A stretch of 64,000 nt of DNA from Acidobacteriota bacterium (GCA_046727175.1 JBKPCD010000175.1:1669-65668), one strand, 5' to 3'. Positions 18,426 through 27,290 are shown, numbered from the stretch's first letter. The notes: generated by a model from the letters alone, not told the origin. Numbers and translations: made by a program.

Positions 18426-19183
18426 TGTCGTGGATCGATCTGAACTGCGACCTCGGTGAATCGTTTGGCCGCTGGTCGCTCGGTCATGACGCGGAGGTGA
18501 TGGAGAACATCACCTCCGCCAACGTCGCATGCGGATACCACGCGGGCGACCCGAATGTCATGCGGGACACCGTCCGCTTGGCACGCTCGAAGGGGGTCGC
18601 CGTCGGCGCACATCCCGGCTTTCCCGACCTCGTTGGATTCGGGCGACGAAACATGGCGGCGTCGCCGCGAGACGTCGAGGACTTCGTCCTTTATCAGATT
18701 GGCGCGCTCCACGCGATTGCCGTCGCGGAAGGCGTGAGGCTCCAGCACGTCAAGGCCCATGGCGCGCTCTACAACATGGCGATTCGCGACCGGGTGCTCG
18801 CCGACGCAATCGCGCGGGCGGTTTCCGCGTTCGACCGATCCCTCATTCTCTTTGGGTTGCCTGGTACCGAGCTTCTGCGCGCAGGGGAAGCCGCAGGCCT
18901 GCCCGTCGCGGCCGAAGGGTTTGCGGATCGCGCGTACGAGCCTGACGGTTCGCTGACGCCGCGGAGCCGTCAGGGCGCGGTCATCCACGATCCCGATGAA
19001 GTCGTCCGGCGCGCCGTCCGCATGGCGCGCGACGGCGTCGTCACGGCGACCAACGGACAAGACGTCCCGATGCGTGTTGCCACGATTTGCACGCATGGCG
19101 ACACGCCTGGCTCGCACGAGCTGACGCGGCTCCTGCGAGCCGGACTCGAGCGCGACGGAATCGTCGTAAAGAGGCTCGCGTGA
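18425..19183 (+). CDS. pxpA: 5-oxoprolinase subunit A (LamB/YcsF family)
   Basis: MSWIDLNCDLGESFG.. and ..ACGYHAGDP.. signatures. The ATG overlaps the upstream TGA by 1 nt (TGATG). Confidence 0.85.
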   Translation: MSWIDLNCDLGESFGRWSLGHDAEVMENITSANVACGYHAGDPNVMRDTVRLARSKGVAVGAHPGFPDLVGFGRRNMAASPRDVEDFVLYQIGALHAIAVAEGVRLQHVKAHGALYNMAIRDRVLADAIARAVSAFDRSLILFGLPGTELLRAGEAAGLPVAAEGFADRAYEPDGSLTPRSRQGAVIHDPDEVVRRAVRMARDGVVTATNGQDVPMRVATICTHGDTPGSHELTRLLRAGLERDGIVVKRLA

Positions 19184-19208
19184 CGACGAGCGCGCTCGGG
19201 CGATCGAC

Positions 19209-20429
19209 GTGACATCGTGGTGGAGCACCGGCACGCCAGACGCGCGTCGCGCGCTCTTCGCCGCGACGCTGGGGTGGATGCTCGATGCCTTCGACGTCAC
19301 GCTGTTCGCGATGACGCTCCCCTTTCTCAGCGCGGACCTCGGGCTCACATCGAAGGAGGGCGGTCTTCTCGGCTCGACGATGCTGGTGGTCGCTGCATTC
19401 GGCGGGTTCGCGTTCGGCTGGATTGCCGACCGGTTCGGCCGCACGCGTGCGTTGATGCTCAGCGTGCTCGTGTATTCAGTCTTCACGGCCGCGTGCGGTC
19501 TCGCGCAGAACTTCTGGCAGTTCGTCGTCTTTCGCGCCCTGCTTGGCTTCGGCATGGGCGGTGAGTGGGCGAGCGGTGCCGCGCTCGTGTCGGAAACGTG
19601 GCCCACCGAACATCGCGGCAAGGCCCTGGGGCTGATGCAGAGTGGATGGGCCGTTGGGTACGCGATCGCCGCCGGAGTGAATGCGCTCGTGCAGCCCGCG
19701 TTCGGCTGGCGGGCGGTGTTCTTCGTCGGGATTCTTCCCGCGCTCTTTACGATCTGGATTCGGCGCCGGGTGAAGGAGCCCGAAATCTGGATAAGACGAG
19801 CGGCGTCATCGACGCCGGCTGCCGGCCTCGCCGGGCTGTTTCGCGGAAGTCTCGCGCCGCTGACCGTCGCACTCACTCTGATGAACACCTGCACGCTCTT
19901 CGGATGGTGGGCTTTCTATCTCTGGCTTCCAAGCTTCCTGACGGCGCCTCCGGCTCGAGGCGGCGTGGGGCTTCAGCTCATTTCGAGCTCCGCGTTCATC
20001 ATCGTGATGCAGGCGGGCATGTGGTTCGGGTACGTCACGTTCGGCTTCATCAGCGATCGCGTCGGCCGCAAGCGGACGTACGTCGCATACCTCATTACTG
20101 CCGCGATCCTGGTGTTCGTCTACGTGTCGCTTCGCGCGCAGATGCTGCTGCTCGTCCTCGGGCCGTTCGTTGCATTTTTCGCGACCGGATATTTCAGCGG
20201 CTTCGGCGCTGTGACGGCCGAGATTTACCCGACGACAATCCGTGCGACCGCCCAGGGCTTCACATACAACACCGGGCGCATCGTCAGTGCGCTCGCGCCG
20301 TTGACCGTCGCCACCCTGGCGCAGACGCACGGTTTTGGGACTGCGTTGACTATCTCATCCGCGGCGTTTCTTCTCGCTGCAGTGATGTGGGTATGGATCC
20401 CTGAAACCAAAGGCAGAGCGCTCGCGTAG
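19209..20429 (+). CDS. MFS transporter
   Basis: 12 predicted TM segments and an MFS motif-A-like GWIADRFGRTRAL. Confidence 0.85.
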   Translation: MTSWWSTGTPDARRALFAATLGWMLDAFDVTLFAMTLPFLSADLGLTSKEGGLLGSTMLVVAAFGGFAFGWIADRFGRTRALMLSVLVYSVFTAACGLAQNFWQFVVFRALLGFGMGGEWASGAALVSETWPTEHRGKALGLMQSGWAVGYAIAAGVNALVQPAFGWRAVFFVGILPALFTIWIRRRVKEPEIWIRRAASSTPAAGLAGLFRGSLAPLTVALTLMNTCTLFGWWAFYLWLPSFLTAPPARGGVGLQLISSSAFIIVMQAGMWFGYVTFGFISDRVGRKRTYVAYLITAAILVFVYVSLRAQMLLLVLGPFVAFFATGYFSGFGAVTAEIYPTTIRATAQGFTYNTGRIVSALAPLTVATLAQTHGFGTALTISSAAFLLAAVMWVWIPETKGRALA

Positions 20430-20452
20430 CAGAATGCTGAAAAGGCATCTGC
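20429..20452 (+). terminator. short stop-proximal hairpin with CTGAAAAG loop
   Basis: gcagaatgc-tgaaaag-gcatctgc starts at the last base of the MFS stop codon. The string gaatgctgaaaag recurs after the stop at 25794. Confidence 0.4.
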
Positions 20453-20557
20453 GAGAGGTTCCCGGTTCACAGTTCCCGGTTCCCAGTTCTTGGTTCCTCG
20501 TTCGGACTACGATCTCGAACCAGCTTTGAACCGAGAACCGGGAACCGGGAACCTCGC
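20451..20557. repeat. low-complexity hairpin (GGTTCCC units)
   Basis: gcgagaggttcccggttcacagttcccggttccc... pairs with ...gaaccgagaaccgggaaccgggaacctcgc. Confidence 0.8.
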
Positions 20558-20647
20558 GGCGCGTTGTTGCGGCCCGGCATCCGCGCGGCCGAACGTGGTG
20601 TCCAATTACATGCGGAGGGACTGCGACCGCTTCGCCTCAGGAGCGTC

Positions 20648-21256
20648 ATGGCATTCCTTTCCGACTCATCCACACGATTCGCGCAAATCCTCCGAATCGC
20701 GCTGATCATCCTTTCGTCGAGCACCTCAGCCTGTCTCGTTCTGAGCATGAATCCCGCGTACGACGACGAGTCGTTGACTTGGGATCCGGCGCTGGTCGGA
20801 GAGTGGCAGGACGCCGACGACAATGCGTCGCTGGTGATCGAGCGCGCTGAATGGAAGTCGTATCGCGTGCACTACGTTCACCCGATCGAGACGGGTGACG
20901 TGACGGCGTATCTCACTTCGATCGGAGACCAGCGATACCTCGACGTGATGCCCGCCCGCGGCGAGGACCGCGGGTCGTTCCTGATCCCGGTGCACGCGAT
21001 TCTGAAAGTTCGCCTCGATCAGGATCGCCTCGAGCTGACGCCGCTGTCATACGACTGGTTCTACGATCACGTCCGGACGACCGATCAAGTCGCGCCGCTT
21101 TCGGTGACGCTCGATCAGAAGAGGAACGCGCTGCTGATTTCCCCGACCGCACGTCTGAGAACGTGGCTGCAAGCCCAGCCAGTGGATGGCCCGATGTTCG
21201 GTGCCGCCGCCGTGTTCGAAAGGGGAAAGGCAAAAGGGACAACGGAAAAGCGATAG
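20648..21256 (+). CDS. hypothetical lipoprotein
   Basis: Start trimmed to MAFLSDSS.. Lipobox-like ..SSSTSAC... Coding-like composition. No family recognised. Confidence 0.5.
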   Translation: MAFLSDSSTRFAQILRIALIILSSSTSACLVLSMNPAYDDESLTWDPALVGEWQDADDNASLVIERAEWKSYRVHYVHPIETGDVTAYLTSIGDQRYLDVMPARGEDRGSFLIPVHAILKVRLDQDRLELTPLSYDWFYDHVRTTDQVAPLSVTLDQKRNALLISPTARLRTWLQAQPVDGPMFGAAAVFERGKAKGTTEKR

Positions 21257-21310
21257 AGGCCCGTTTTCCTTTTGCCTTGTCCCTTTTGCCTTGTCCCTTT
21301 TCCCTTTTGC
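21218..21310. repeat. low-complexity hairpin (GGGAAAA / CTTTTCC units); left arm inside the CDS tail
   Basis: gaaaggggaaaggcaaaagggacaacggaaaagcg pairs with cgttttccttttgccttgtcccttttgcc... The left arm encodes the last residues, ..ERGKAKGTTEKR. Confidence 0.8.
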
Positions 21311-21333
21311 TGGCCCCGAGTAGACTGCGAACT

Positions 21334-21558
21334 GTGCTAAAGGGCGTTCGTGCCGCGCTCGTCAAGAAAGTTCAGCCGGTCAGCATCCACGGGCAGATCT
21401 CGCTCGACATTTATTTCGTAGATCCCGATGATCCGGAGGGGCAGGTCAGCCTGGCGCGAATTGGTCCCGAGGCAGTACCCCGGCATCTCGAGCCCGGCGA
21501 CAGGGTCGATCTGCACTACGTGCTGGGCGTCGTCACGAGCATTACCAGGGCCGAATGA
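21334..21558 (+). CDS. hypothetical small protein (~74 aa)
   Basis: GTG 21334 is the first start after the hairpin in the open frame. No motif recognised. Confidence 0.3.
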   Translation: MLKGVRAALVKKVQPVSIHGQISLDIYFVDPDDPEGQVSLARIGPEAVPRHLEPGDRVDLHYVLGVVTSITRAE

Positions 21559-21656
21559 GCGAATGAGATTGACGCGCGCAGAAATTTGCATTGGCCGTGG
21601 GTTTGCTTCAAACTTATAGAGCCCCCCGCGTCTCCTGAAGCAGGAGCTTCTCCTCC

Positions 21657-22487
21657 ATGCGAGTTCGTGTCCGGCCGGGCCGCGCCGCGGCGCTCCTCGT
21701 CGTCGTCGCCTCAGCGGTTTCGGTAGTTGCACAGACGGGTCAGGCGCCATCATCGGCAAAGGCTCCCAGCGCCACGCCAGCGGAGCTGCCGACGGCGCGG
21801 CAGATCATCGATCGACATGTCGCCGCTATCGGGGGAAGGGCGGCGATCCTGCGTCACACGTCGATGCACGCGATTGGGACGGTTGCCGTTCCGTCAGCGG
21901 GCATGGCCGGCACGTTCGAGGTATTCGCCGCGAAGCCCGACAAGACAGTGACGCGGATAACGCTCGGCGGCATCGGGGACGTCCAGGAAGGATTCGACGG
22001 ACGCAACGGCTGGTCGATATCGGCAATGACCGGTCCGACGCTGCTCCAAGGCAAGGAGCTCGAGCAGAGGAAGTTCGACGCCGACTACTACGGCGATCTG
22101 AAGGCGGACGACAAGTACGAATCAATGACCACGGTGGAGAAGGCCAACTGTCCGGGCGGTGAAAGCGCGCAGTCCGCCGCGCAAGGACGGGCGTGCTACA
22201 AAGTGCGGCTCGTTCGAAAGGGTGGCGGCGAGGACTTCGAGTTCTACGACGTCGAAACCGGCTTGAAAGCGGGTGGCATCGCGACGCGCGATACGCCAAT
22301 GGGTGCGTTCACGCAGACGACCATCGAGAGCGACTATCGACAATTCGGCGGCATTATGCAGCCTACGACGATCAGAAGCACGATCATGGGCCTTCAGCAG
22401 GTGATCACGATTGCATCCGTGGAGTTCGACAGAGTCGATCCGGTCGTGTTCGAGCCGCCGGCCCCGATCAAGGCGCTCTTGAAGTGA
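21657..22487 (+). CDS. hypothetical secreted protein
   Basis: Signal peptide ..ALLVVVASAVSVVAQ. AGGAG lies upstream of the ATG. Its stop overlaps the S41 peptidase start. My tentative impression is a LolA-like fold, which I cannot support from sequence. Confidence 0.5.
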   Translation: MRVRVRPGRAAALLVVVASAVSVVAQTGQAPSSAKAPSATPAELPTARQIIDRHVAAIGGRAAILRHTSMHAIGTVAVPSAGMAGTFEVFAAKPDKTVTRITLGGIGDVQEGFDGRNGWSISAMTGPTLLQGKELEQRKFDADYYGDLKADDKYESMTTVEKANCPGGESAQSAAQGRACYKVRLVRKGGGEDFEFYDVETGLKAGGIATRDTPMGAFTQTTIESDYRQFGGIMQPTTIRSTIMGLQQVITIASVEFDRVDPVVFEPPAPIKALLK

Positions 22488-23788
22488 CGAATCGAAAGAT
22501 CGCTCTCGCGCTTGCCTGCGCCTTGAGCGCGCCGATTGCCGCCGAGACTCCCCTCGCGGTCGAAACGTTCGACGCCGCCTGGAAGATCGTTCGGGACTCG
22601 CACTTCGATCCGCACATGAACGGTGTGGACTGGAATGCCGTTCGCAGCGAGCTGCGACCCCGCGCGGCAGCAGCGGCGACACCCGCCGAGCTTCGTGCGG
22701 TCATTCGCGAGATGTTAGGGCGTCTCGGGCAGTCGCATTTCGCCCTGATTCCGTCCGCGTCCGATACGTCCGGCGCCGACGCGGTGGACACACACGGCGA
22801 TCCCGGCTTCGATGTTCGGCTCGTGGGGCGTGACATGCTGGTCACCCACGTCGACGCGACTGGAGGAGCTGCCGATGCCGCCGTTCGGCCCGGGTGGCGA
22901 CTTTTGGCCGTCGGATCGAAGCCGGTGAGCGCTTTGATCGACGCGTTTCCTTCGGGCACACCGGACCGTCTGTTGCAAGTCGAGGCATGGCGCGCCATAG
23001 AGAATCGGTTGCGCGGGCCGGAGCATTCGGCGGTGACGGTCACGTTCGACGATGGAACCGGCAGGAGTGTTGCAAAGGCGATCGAGCGACGCCCCGAGCC
23101 TGGGGAGCCGGTCACCGTCGGTCACCTGCCGACGATGCACGTGAGAGTCGATGCCGAACGCCGGCGAACGTCGTCCGGCGCATCGGTGGGGGTGATTCGA
23201 TTCAACGTCTGGATGGCGGCGGTCGATGCGCAGTTTCAGGACGCCGTCGACGATTACCGTCAGGCCGATGGCATCGTGATCGACCTCCGGGGCAATCCCG
23301 GCGGCTTGGCGGCGATGCTGATGGGCATTTCGGGGCACTTCCTCGAGGAGCGAAAGCCGCTCGGCGTGATGAAGACGCGCGACAGCGAATTCCGGTTCGT
23401 CGCGAATCCGCGGCTGGTCAGCGCCACGGGCACAAAGGTCCGACCGTTTGCGGGTCCCGTCGCGATTCTGGTCGACGCGCTTACCGGCAGCGCATCGGAA
23501 TGCTTCACGGGCGGCATGCAGGCAATCGGGCGCGCCCGCGTGTTCGGTCAGCCCTCGATGGGGCAGGCACTACCCGCGCTGTTCGACAAGCTGCCGAACG
23601 GTGACGTGCTGATACACGCGTACGCCGACTTCGTAACCGCGGATGGTACGCGCCTCGAAGGGCGCGGCGTCATCCCCGACGAACAGGTGCCGCTCCGCCG
23701 CGAGGATCTCGTCGCGGGTCGTGATGCCCCGCTCCTGACGGCGCTCGAATGGATCGATCGGGCGCGGCGCGGACCCGCCGTGCAATAG
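22484..23788 (+). CDS. S41-family (tail-specific / C-terminal processing) peptidase
   Basis: ..VIDLRGNPGGL.. and ..LTGSASE.. motifs. Signal peptide starts at GTG 22484 (GTGA overlap with the upstream stop). Confidence 0.75.
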   Translation: MTNRKIALALACALSAPIAAETPLAVETFDAAWKIVRDSHFDPHMNGVDWNAVRSELRPRAAAAATPAELRAVIREMLGRLGQSHFALIPSASDTSGADAVDTHGDPGFDVRLVGRDMLVTHVDATGGAADAAVRPGWRLLAVGSKPVSALIDAFPSGTPDRLLQVEAWRAIENRLRGPEHSAVTVTFDDGTGRSVAKAIERRPEPGEPVTVGHLPTMHVRVDAERRRTSSGASVGVIRFNVWMAAVDAQFQDAVDDYRQADGIVIDLRGNPGGLAAMLMGISGHFLEERKPLGVMKTRDSEFRFVANPRLVSATGTKVRPFAGPVAILVDALTGSASECFTGGMQAIGRARVFGQPSMGQALPALFDKLPNGDVLIHAYADFVTADGTRLEGRGVIPDEQVPLRREDLVAGRDAPLLTALEWIDRARRGPAVQ

Positions 23789-23912
23789 CGTTGAAGAACG
23801 AAGGTTTTGTAGGCCGCTGTTGTTGCGCCTGCCGGATGCGCTCTGTTAGACTCATCTGGCCTGCGCCAGCAGTCTTTTCCAACTGACAATCGCGAGTAGT
23901 TCGGGGGAGTGA

Positions 23913-24716
23913 ATGGAGCAGCGTCGGCTGCGTCTCGGAGACATATTGGACGACTACTGTCCGCGCGAGCGTCGTGTAACGAACCATGCGATTGTCGCCA
24001 TGGTCGACGAGGACGTGAAGCAGACCCGCTGCACGACCTGCGACGCAGAGCACGCCTACAAGGGCGGTAAGGCGCCTCGGCGACGAAAGAAGGAAACGCC
24101 CGCGACGCTTTACAAAGAAGTGCTCGAGAGCATGCCCGACAGTGACGGGGCGATGCTCGTGAGCACTCCCGTCGCCGACGCGGCAGATACCGAGTCGACG
24201 AGCGTGACCCCGGACGACGACACCCCCCACGCGGCAGCAAGCCTTCCTGAAACTCACGACGACGTACAAAGTGAGCCAGAAAGCTCTGAGCCAGCGAGTG
24301 CCAGCGACAGTCCATCGGCTCTTGATGCCTCCGAAACCTCACTGCCCGCAGACACGGAGCCCGAGGAAGACGCGCAGCCCGAGGAAGACGCGCAGCCGCT
24401 CGCGGCGGCGGAAGACGGACCAGTGCATCGCCCGCTGATCCGCGCAACGTTGCCTCGTCCCGAGGGTCAGAAGGACACGCGGCCGTTGCCTGAATTCACC
24501 ATCCGTCACGCCGGGCCGCGCAACAACGGGAATTTCCGCGGCGATCAACGCATGAAGCCGCGTGGCGGCCAGGGACCCAACGGCGGTCGTGGACAGCGCT
24601 TCGGTGTGTCGCGTCCCGGAAGCGCGGGTCGAGGCATGCCCGGTCGCGGCCAAAGCGGCGGCGGGTTCCGCGCGTCCCAGCCCACACGTCGGGGCGGCAA
24701 GAAGCGTTCGAGATAG
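23913..24716 (+). CDS. hypothetical protein: N-terminal CxxC...CxxC zinc-ribbon-like motif, acidic disordered middle, RG/RGG-rich basic tail
   Basis: ..YCPRERR..(21 aa)..RCTTCDAEH.. Then a D/E/S/P-rich stretch, followed by ..GGRGQRFG..GRGMPGRGQSGGGFR... GGGGAG RBS. Confidence 0.55.
   Translation: MEQRRLRLGDILDDYCPRERRVTNHAIVAMVDEDVKQTRCTTCDAEHAYKGGKAPRRRKKETPATLYKEVLESMPDSDGAMLVSTPVADAADTESTSVTPDDDTPHAAASLPETHDDVQSEPESSEPASASDSPSALDASETSLPADTEPEEDAQPEEDAQPLAAAEDGPVHRPLIRATLPRPEGQKDTRPLPEFTIRHAGPRNNGNFRGDQRMKPRGGQGPNGGRGQRFGVSRPGSAGRGMPGRGQSGGGFRASQPTRRGGKKRSR
24360..24395 (+). repeat. exact 18-nt tandem duplication inside a CDS
   Basis: cccgaggaagacgcgcag x2, encoding PEEDAQ twice. Confidence 0.9.
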
Positions 24717-24774
24717 AATCCTCCGTCGATAGCCCTTCACCGAGTTCCGTCGTCCCTCTTCGCGGAGCGAGCCG

Positions 24775-25794
24775 ATGCACGTAGTGACTGCCGTGCTGTG
24801 GCTTGCCCTCTTGCACCCCAGCACGCTCGATTCGCGTGCGGCGGCATCAGGTCAGGCGCAGCAACCTCAGACGACGACCATCACCTTCGAGCCCACTCAA
24901 GGTGTACCGACATTCGCGGTACGCGAACCGGTCCTGCGCATCAAACCCGGCACGATCGTGCAATCGCGTACGTTTTCGCGCGGCGGCGATTATTACGAGA
25001 AAGCCGGTGCCGCGTGGCCCGGTGAGGTCGGACCGTTCTACATCGAAGGCGCAACACCCGACGACACGCTGGTCGTGCGCCTCCTGCGCGTGCGCCCGAA
25101 TCGCGACACCGCGGTGTCGGCGGTCAATCCAAATGGAATCAGCGCGGTCGCGGGAGATTCCCGCACGCGCATGCTGAACGATCCGTTACCCGCGCGCCGG
25201 TTCGTGTGGCATCTCGATCGTACGCGCAATGTCGGCACTCTCGATCTCCCCAACTCGGCATCGAAGTCGATCGAGATGCCGCTCCGGCCGATGCTCGGGC
25301 GTCTGGCTGTCGCTCCGGCTGGTGAAGAGGCGTATGGCGGCCTGTGGCCCGGCAACTTCGGCGGCAACATGGACGCGGCCGACGCGCGCGAGGGCACGAC
25401 GATGTACCTGCCGATCTTTCACGAGGGCGCGCTCTTTTATTTCGGCGACGGTCATGCGCTCCAGGGCGATGGCGAGATCTGCGGCTCCGGGCTCGAGACG
25501 ACGATGGACGTCACGTTCCAGTTCGATCTCGTGAAGGGTCGACGCATTCGCTGGCCACGGGCGGAAGACGCCGAGGACATCATGGTGCTCGGCAGCGGCC
25601 GCCCGCTCGTCGATGCGTTCCGCATCGCACAGGTCGAGCTCATCGACTGGCTCGTGGACGAGTACGGCTTCGAGCGCATGGAAGCGTATCAGGTCATCTC
25701 GCAAGGCGGCCACACGCGTGTGGCCAACGTCGTCGATCCCAACTACACGGTCGTTGCGAAGTTCCCGAAGAAGCTGCTGCCGCCTAAGCGCTGA
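24775..25794 (+). CDS. acetamidase/formamidase-family amidohydrolase, secreted
   Basis: ..GGNMDAADAREGTTMYLPIFHEGALFYFGDGHALQGDGE.. is the family core. An N-terminal signal peptide is present. Confidence 0.8.
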   Translation: MHVVTAVLWLALLHPSTLDSRAAASGQAQQPQTTTITFEPTQGVPTFAVREPVLRIKPGTIVQSRTFSRGGDYYEKAGAAWPGEVGPFYIEGATPDDTLVVRLLRVRPNRDTAVSAVNPNGISAVAGDSRTRMLNDPLPARRFVWHLDRTRNVGTLDLPNSASKSIEMPLRPMLGRLAVAPAGEEAYGGLWPGNFGGNMDAADAREGTTMYLPIFHEGALFYFGDGHALQGDGEICGSGLETTMDVTFQFDLVKGRRIRWPRAEDAEDIMVLGSGRPLVDAFRIAQVELIDWLVDEYGFERMEAYQVISQGGHTRVANVVDPNYTVVAKFPKKLLPPKR

Positions 25795-25830
25795 ATGCTG
25801 AAAAGAAGCTAGAATCCGAAGCGGGAGCAG

Positions 25831-25966
25831 CCGGCTTTCGGCTCAAGGCTTTGGGCCTACCCTGTTCTGTAGGTCCTGTCGGGCAAGGGGTTGATCCTTA
25901 CGCTCCGACTTCTTTGAGACGGCCCGCGCCCAAAGCCTGAAGCCCAGAGCCTAAAGCCGAGAGCCG
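25831..25966. repeat. low-complexity inverted repeat (GGCTTTGGGC / GCCCAAAGCC units) around a ~70-nt core
   Basis: ccggctttcggctcaaggctttgggc (25831-25856) pairs with gcccaaagcctgaagcccagagcctaaagccgagagccg (25928-25966). Confidence 0.75.
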
Positions 25967-25982
25967 TTTCGCACATCTTCTT

Positions 25983-26756
25983 ATGGCCGACCTGAGTGGC
26001 AAGACCGGACTGATCGTCGGCATTGCAAACAAGCGCTCCATTGCGTGGGCCATTGCGCAGGCCGCAACGGCTGCGGGCGCGCGGCTCGCGGTGACGTATC
26101 AAGGCGCGCGGCTCGAAGAGAACGTCCGCGAGTTGGCGAGCGAACTGAGGAATCCGCTCGTGCTCCCGTGCGATGTGACCGACGATCGGCAGATCGCGAG
26201 CGTATTCGAGTCGATCGATCGTGAGTTCGGTGGACTGGATTTTCTGGTCCACGGGGCGGCGTTTGCGCCGCCGGAGGCGCTATCGTCGCCATTCGTGGAG
26301 ACGACCCGTGAAGGGTTCCGCTTATCGCTCGACGTCAGCGCGTATTCTCTCGTTGCGCTGGCGCGCGGTGCGATGCCGCTGATGGAGCGGCGCGGCGGCG
26401 GGAGCATCCTCACGCTGACGTATCTGGGCAGTCAGCGCGTATTCCAGAACTACAACGTCATGGGCGTCGCGAAAGCGGCGCTCGAAGCCTGCGTGCGTTA
26501 CCTTGCCGCGGACCTCGGGCCGAAGGGAATTCGGGTCAACGCGATATCGGCCGGACCCATCAAGACGATCGCGGCCTCCGGCATTGCCGGATTCTCGCGT
26601 ATCCTGCAGCACTACCGCGACCGTTCCCCGCTGCGGCGAACGGTCGAGACGGCCGAGGTCGCCGATGCCGCCCTGTTCCTGCTCGGCCCGGGGGGTCGAG
26701 CCATCACCGCCGAAGTGCTGATGGTCGACAGCGGCTATCACGCCACGGGCATGTAG
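25983..26756 (+). CDS. fabI: enoyl-[acyl-carrier-protein] reductase (NADH)
   Basis: ..GKTGLIVGIANKRSIAW.., catalytic Y..MGVAKAALE, and SDR fold length (257 aa). Confidence 0.9.
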   Translation: MADLSGKTGLIVGIANKRSIAWAIAQAATAAGARLAVTYQGARLEENVRELASELRNPLVLPCDVTDDRQIASVFESIDREFGGLDFLVHGAAFAPPEALSSPFVETTREGFRLSLDVSAYSLVALARGAMPLMERRGGGSILTLTYLGSQRVFQNYNVMGVAKAALEACVRYLAADLGPKGIRVNAISAGPIKTIAASGIAGFSRILQHYRDRSPLRRTVETAEVADAALFLLGPGGRAITAEVLMVDSGYHATGM

Positions 26757-26767
26757 CTTGCACAAAT

Positions 26768-26870
26768 CAACAGGAGGAGAGAGAAGACAAACCAACAGGA
26801 GAAAGGGAGAAACCGTACTAGTTTTCTCTTTCCTTCTCCCGTTCTCCTGTTATTTCCCTTCTCCTGTTCG
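26768..26870. repeat. low-complexity hairpin (CAGGAGA / GGAGAA units)
   Basis: caacaggaggagagagaagacaaaccaacaggagaaagggagaaac pairs with gttttctctttccttctcccgttctcctgttatttcccttctcctgttcg. Confidence 0.75.
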
Positions 26871-26885
26871 TCGGAGGGCATTTCG

Positions 26886-27209
26886 ATGAAGAAGTACAGC
26901 CACGCTACGACGATGCTGCTGGCGTTGACGCTAATCGCTCCGCTCCTCGCCGCCGCATGCGGCAAGACGGCCGGCGAGACGATAGACGATGCAACCGTGA
27001 CGACGAGAGTGAAAACGGCCCTCCTCAACGATCCAGACGTCGGCGGCCTCCGCATCGATGTCGACACGTTCAAGGGGGTGGTGACGCTCTCGGGCGCGGT
27101 GAAGTCGCCGGCCGAGCGCGACAAGGCCGTTGCCATCGCACGCCAGATCGGCGGCGTAAAAGACGTCAAGTCGACTCTACAGGTACAGCAGGAAGAAAGT
27201 ACGAAGTAA
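26886..27209 (+). CDS. BON-domain (OsmY-like) lipoprotein
   Basis: ..TTRVKTALLNDPDVGGLRIDVDTFKGVVTLSGAV..A..IARQIGGVKDV.. Lipobox-like ..LLAAAC. Confidence 0.8.
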   Translation: MKKYSHATTMLLALTLIAPLLAAACGKTAGETIDDATVTTRVKTALLNDPDVGGLRIDVDTFKGVVTLSGAVKSPAERDKAVAIARQIGGVKDVKSTLQVQQEESTK

Positions 27210-27287
27210 GAAGTACGAAGTAAGAAGTTCGAGGTACGACCGAACGACGTTCTTAAACTTCTTACTTCGTACTTCTTACTTCGTACT
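27198..27287. repeat. perfect 32-bp inverted repeat (GTACGAAGTAAGAA units) between convergent genes
   Basis: agtacgaagtaagaagtacgaagtaagaagtt (27198-27229) is the exact reverse complement of 27256-27287. The loop is 26 nt. The BON stop codon (27207-27209) lies inside the left arm. Confidence 0.95.
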
Positions 27288-27290
27288 TTC

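Noticed and set aside
22193-22483. N-terminal 97-codon extension of the S41 peptidase ORF given in the ORF track (22193-23788).
   Set aside because: The extension overlaps the preceding gene in another frame and is Arg-rich nonsense. A signal peptide starts at GTG 22484, which overlaps the upstream stop codon.
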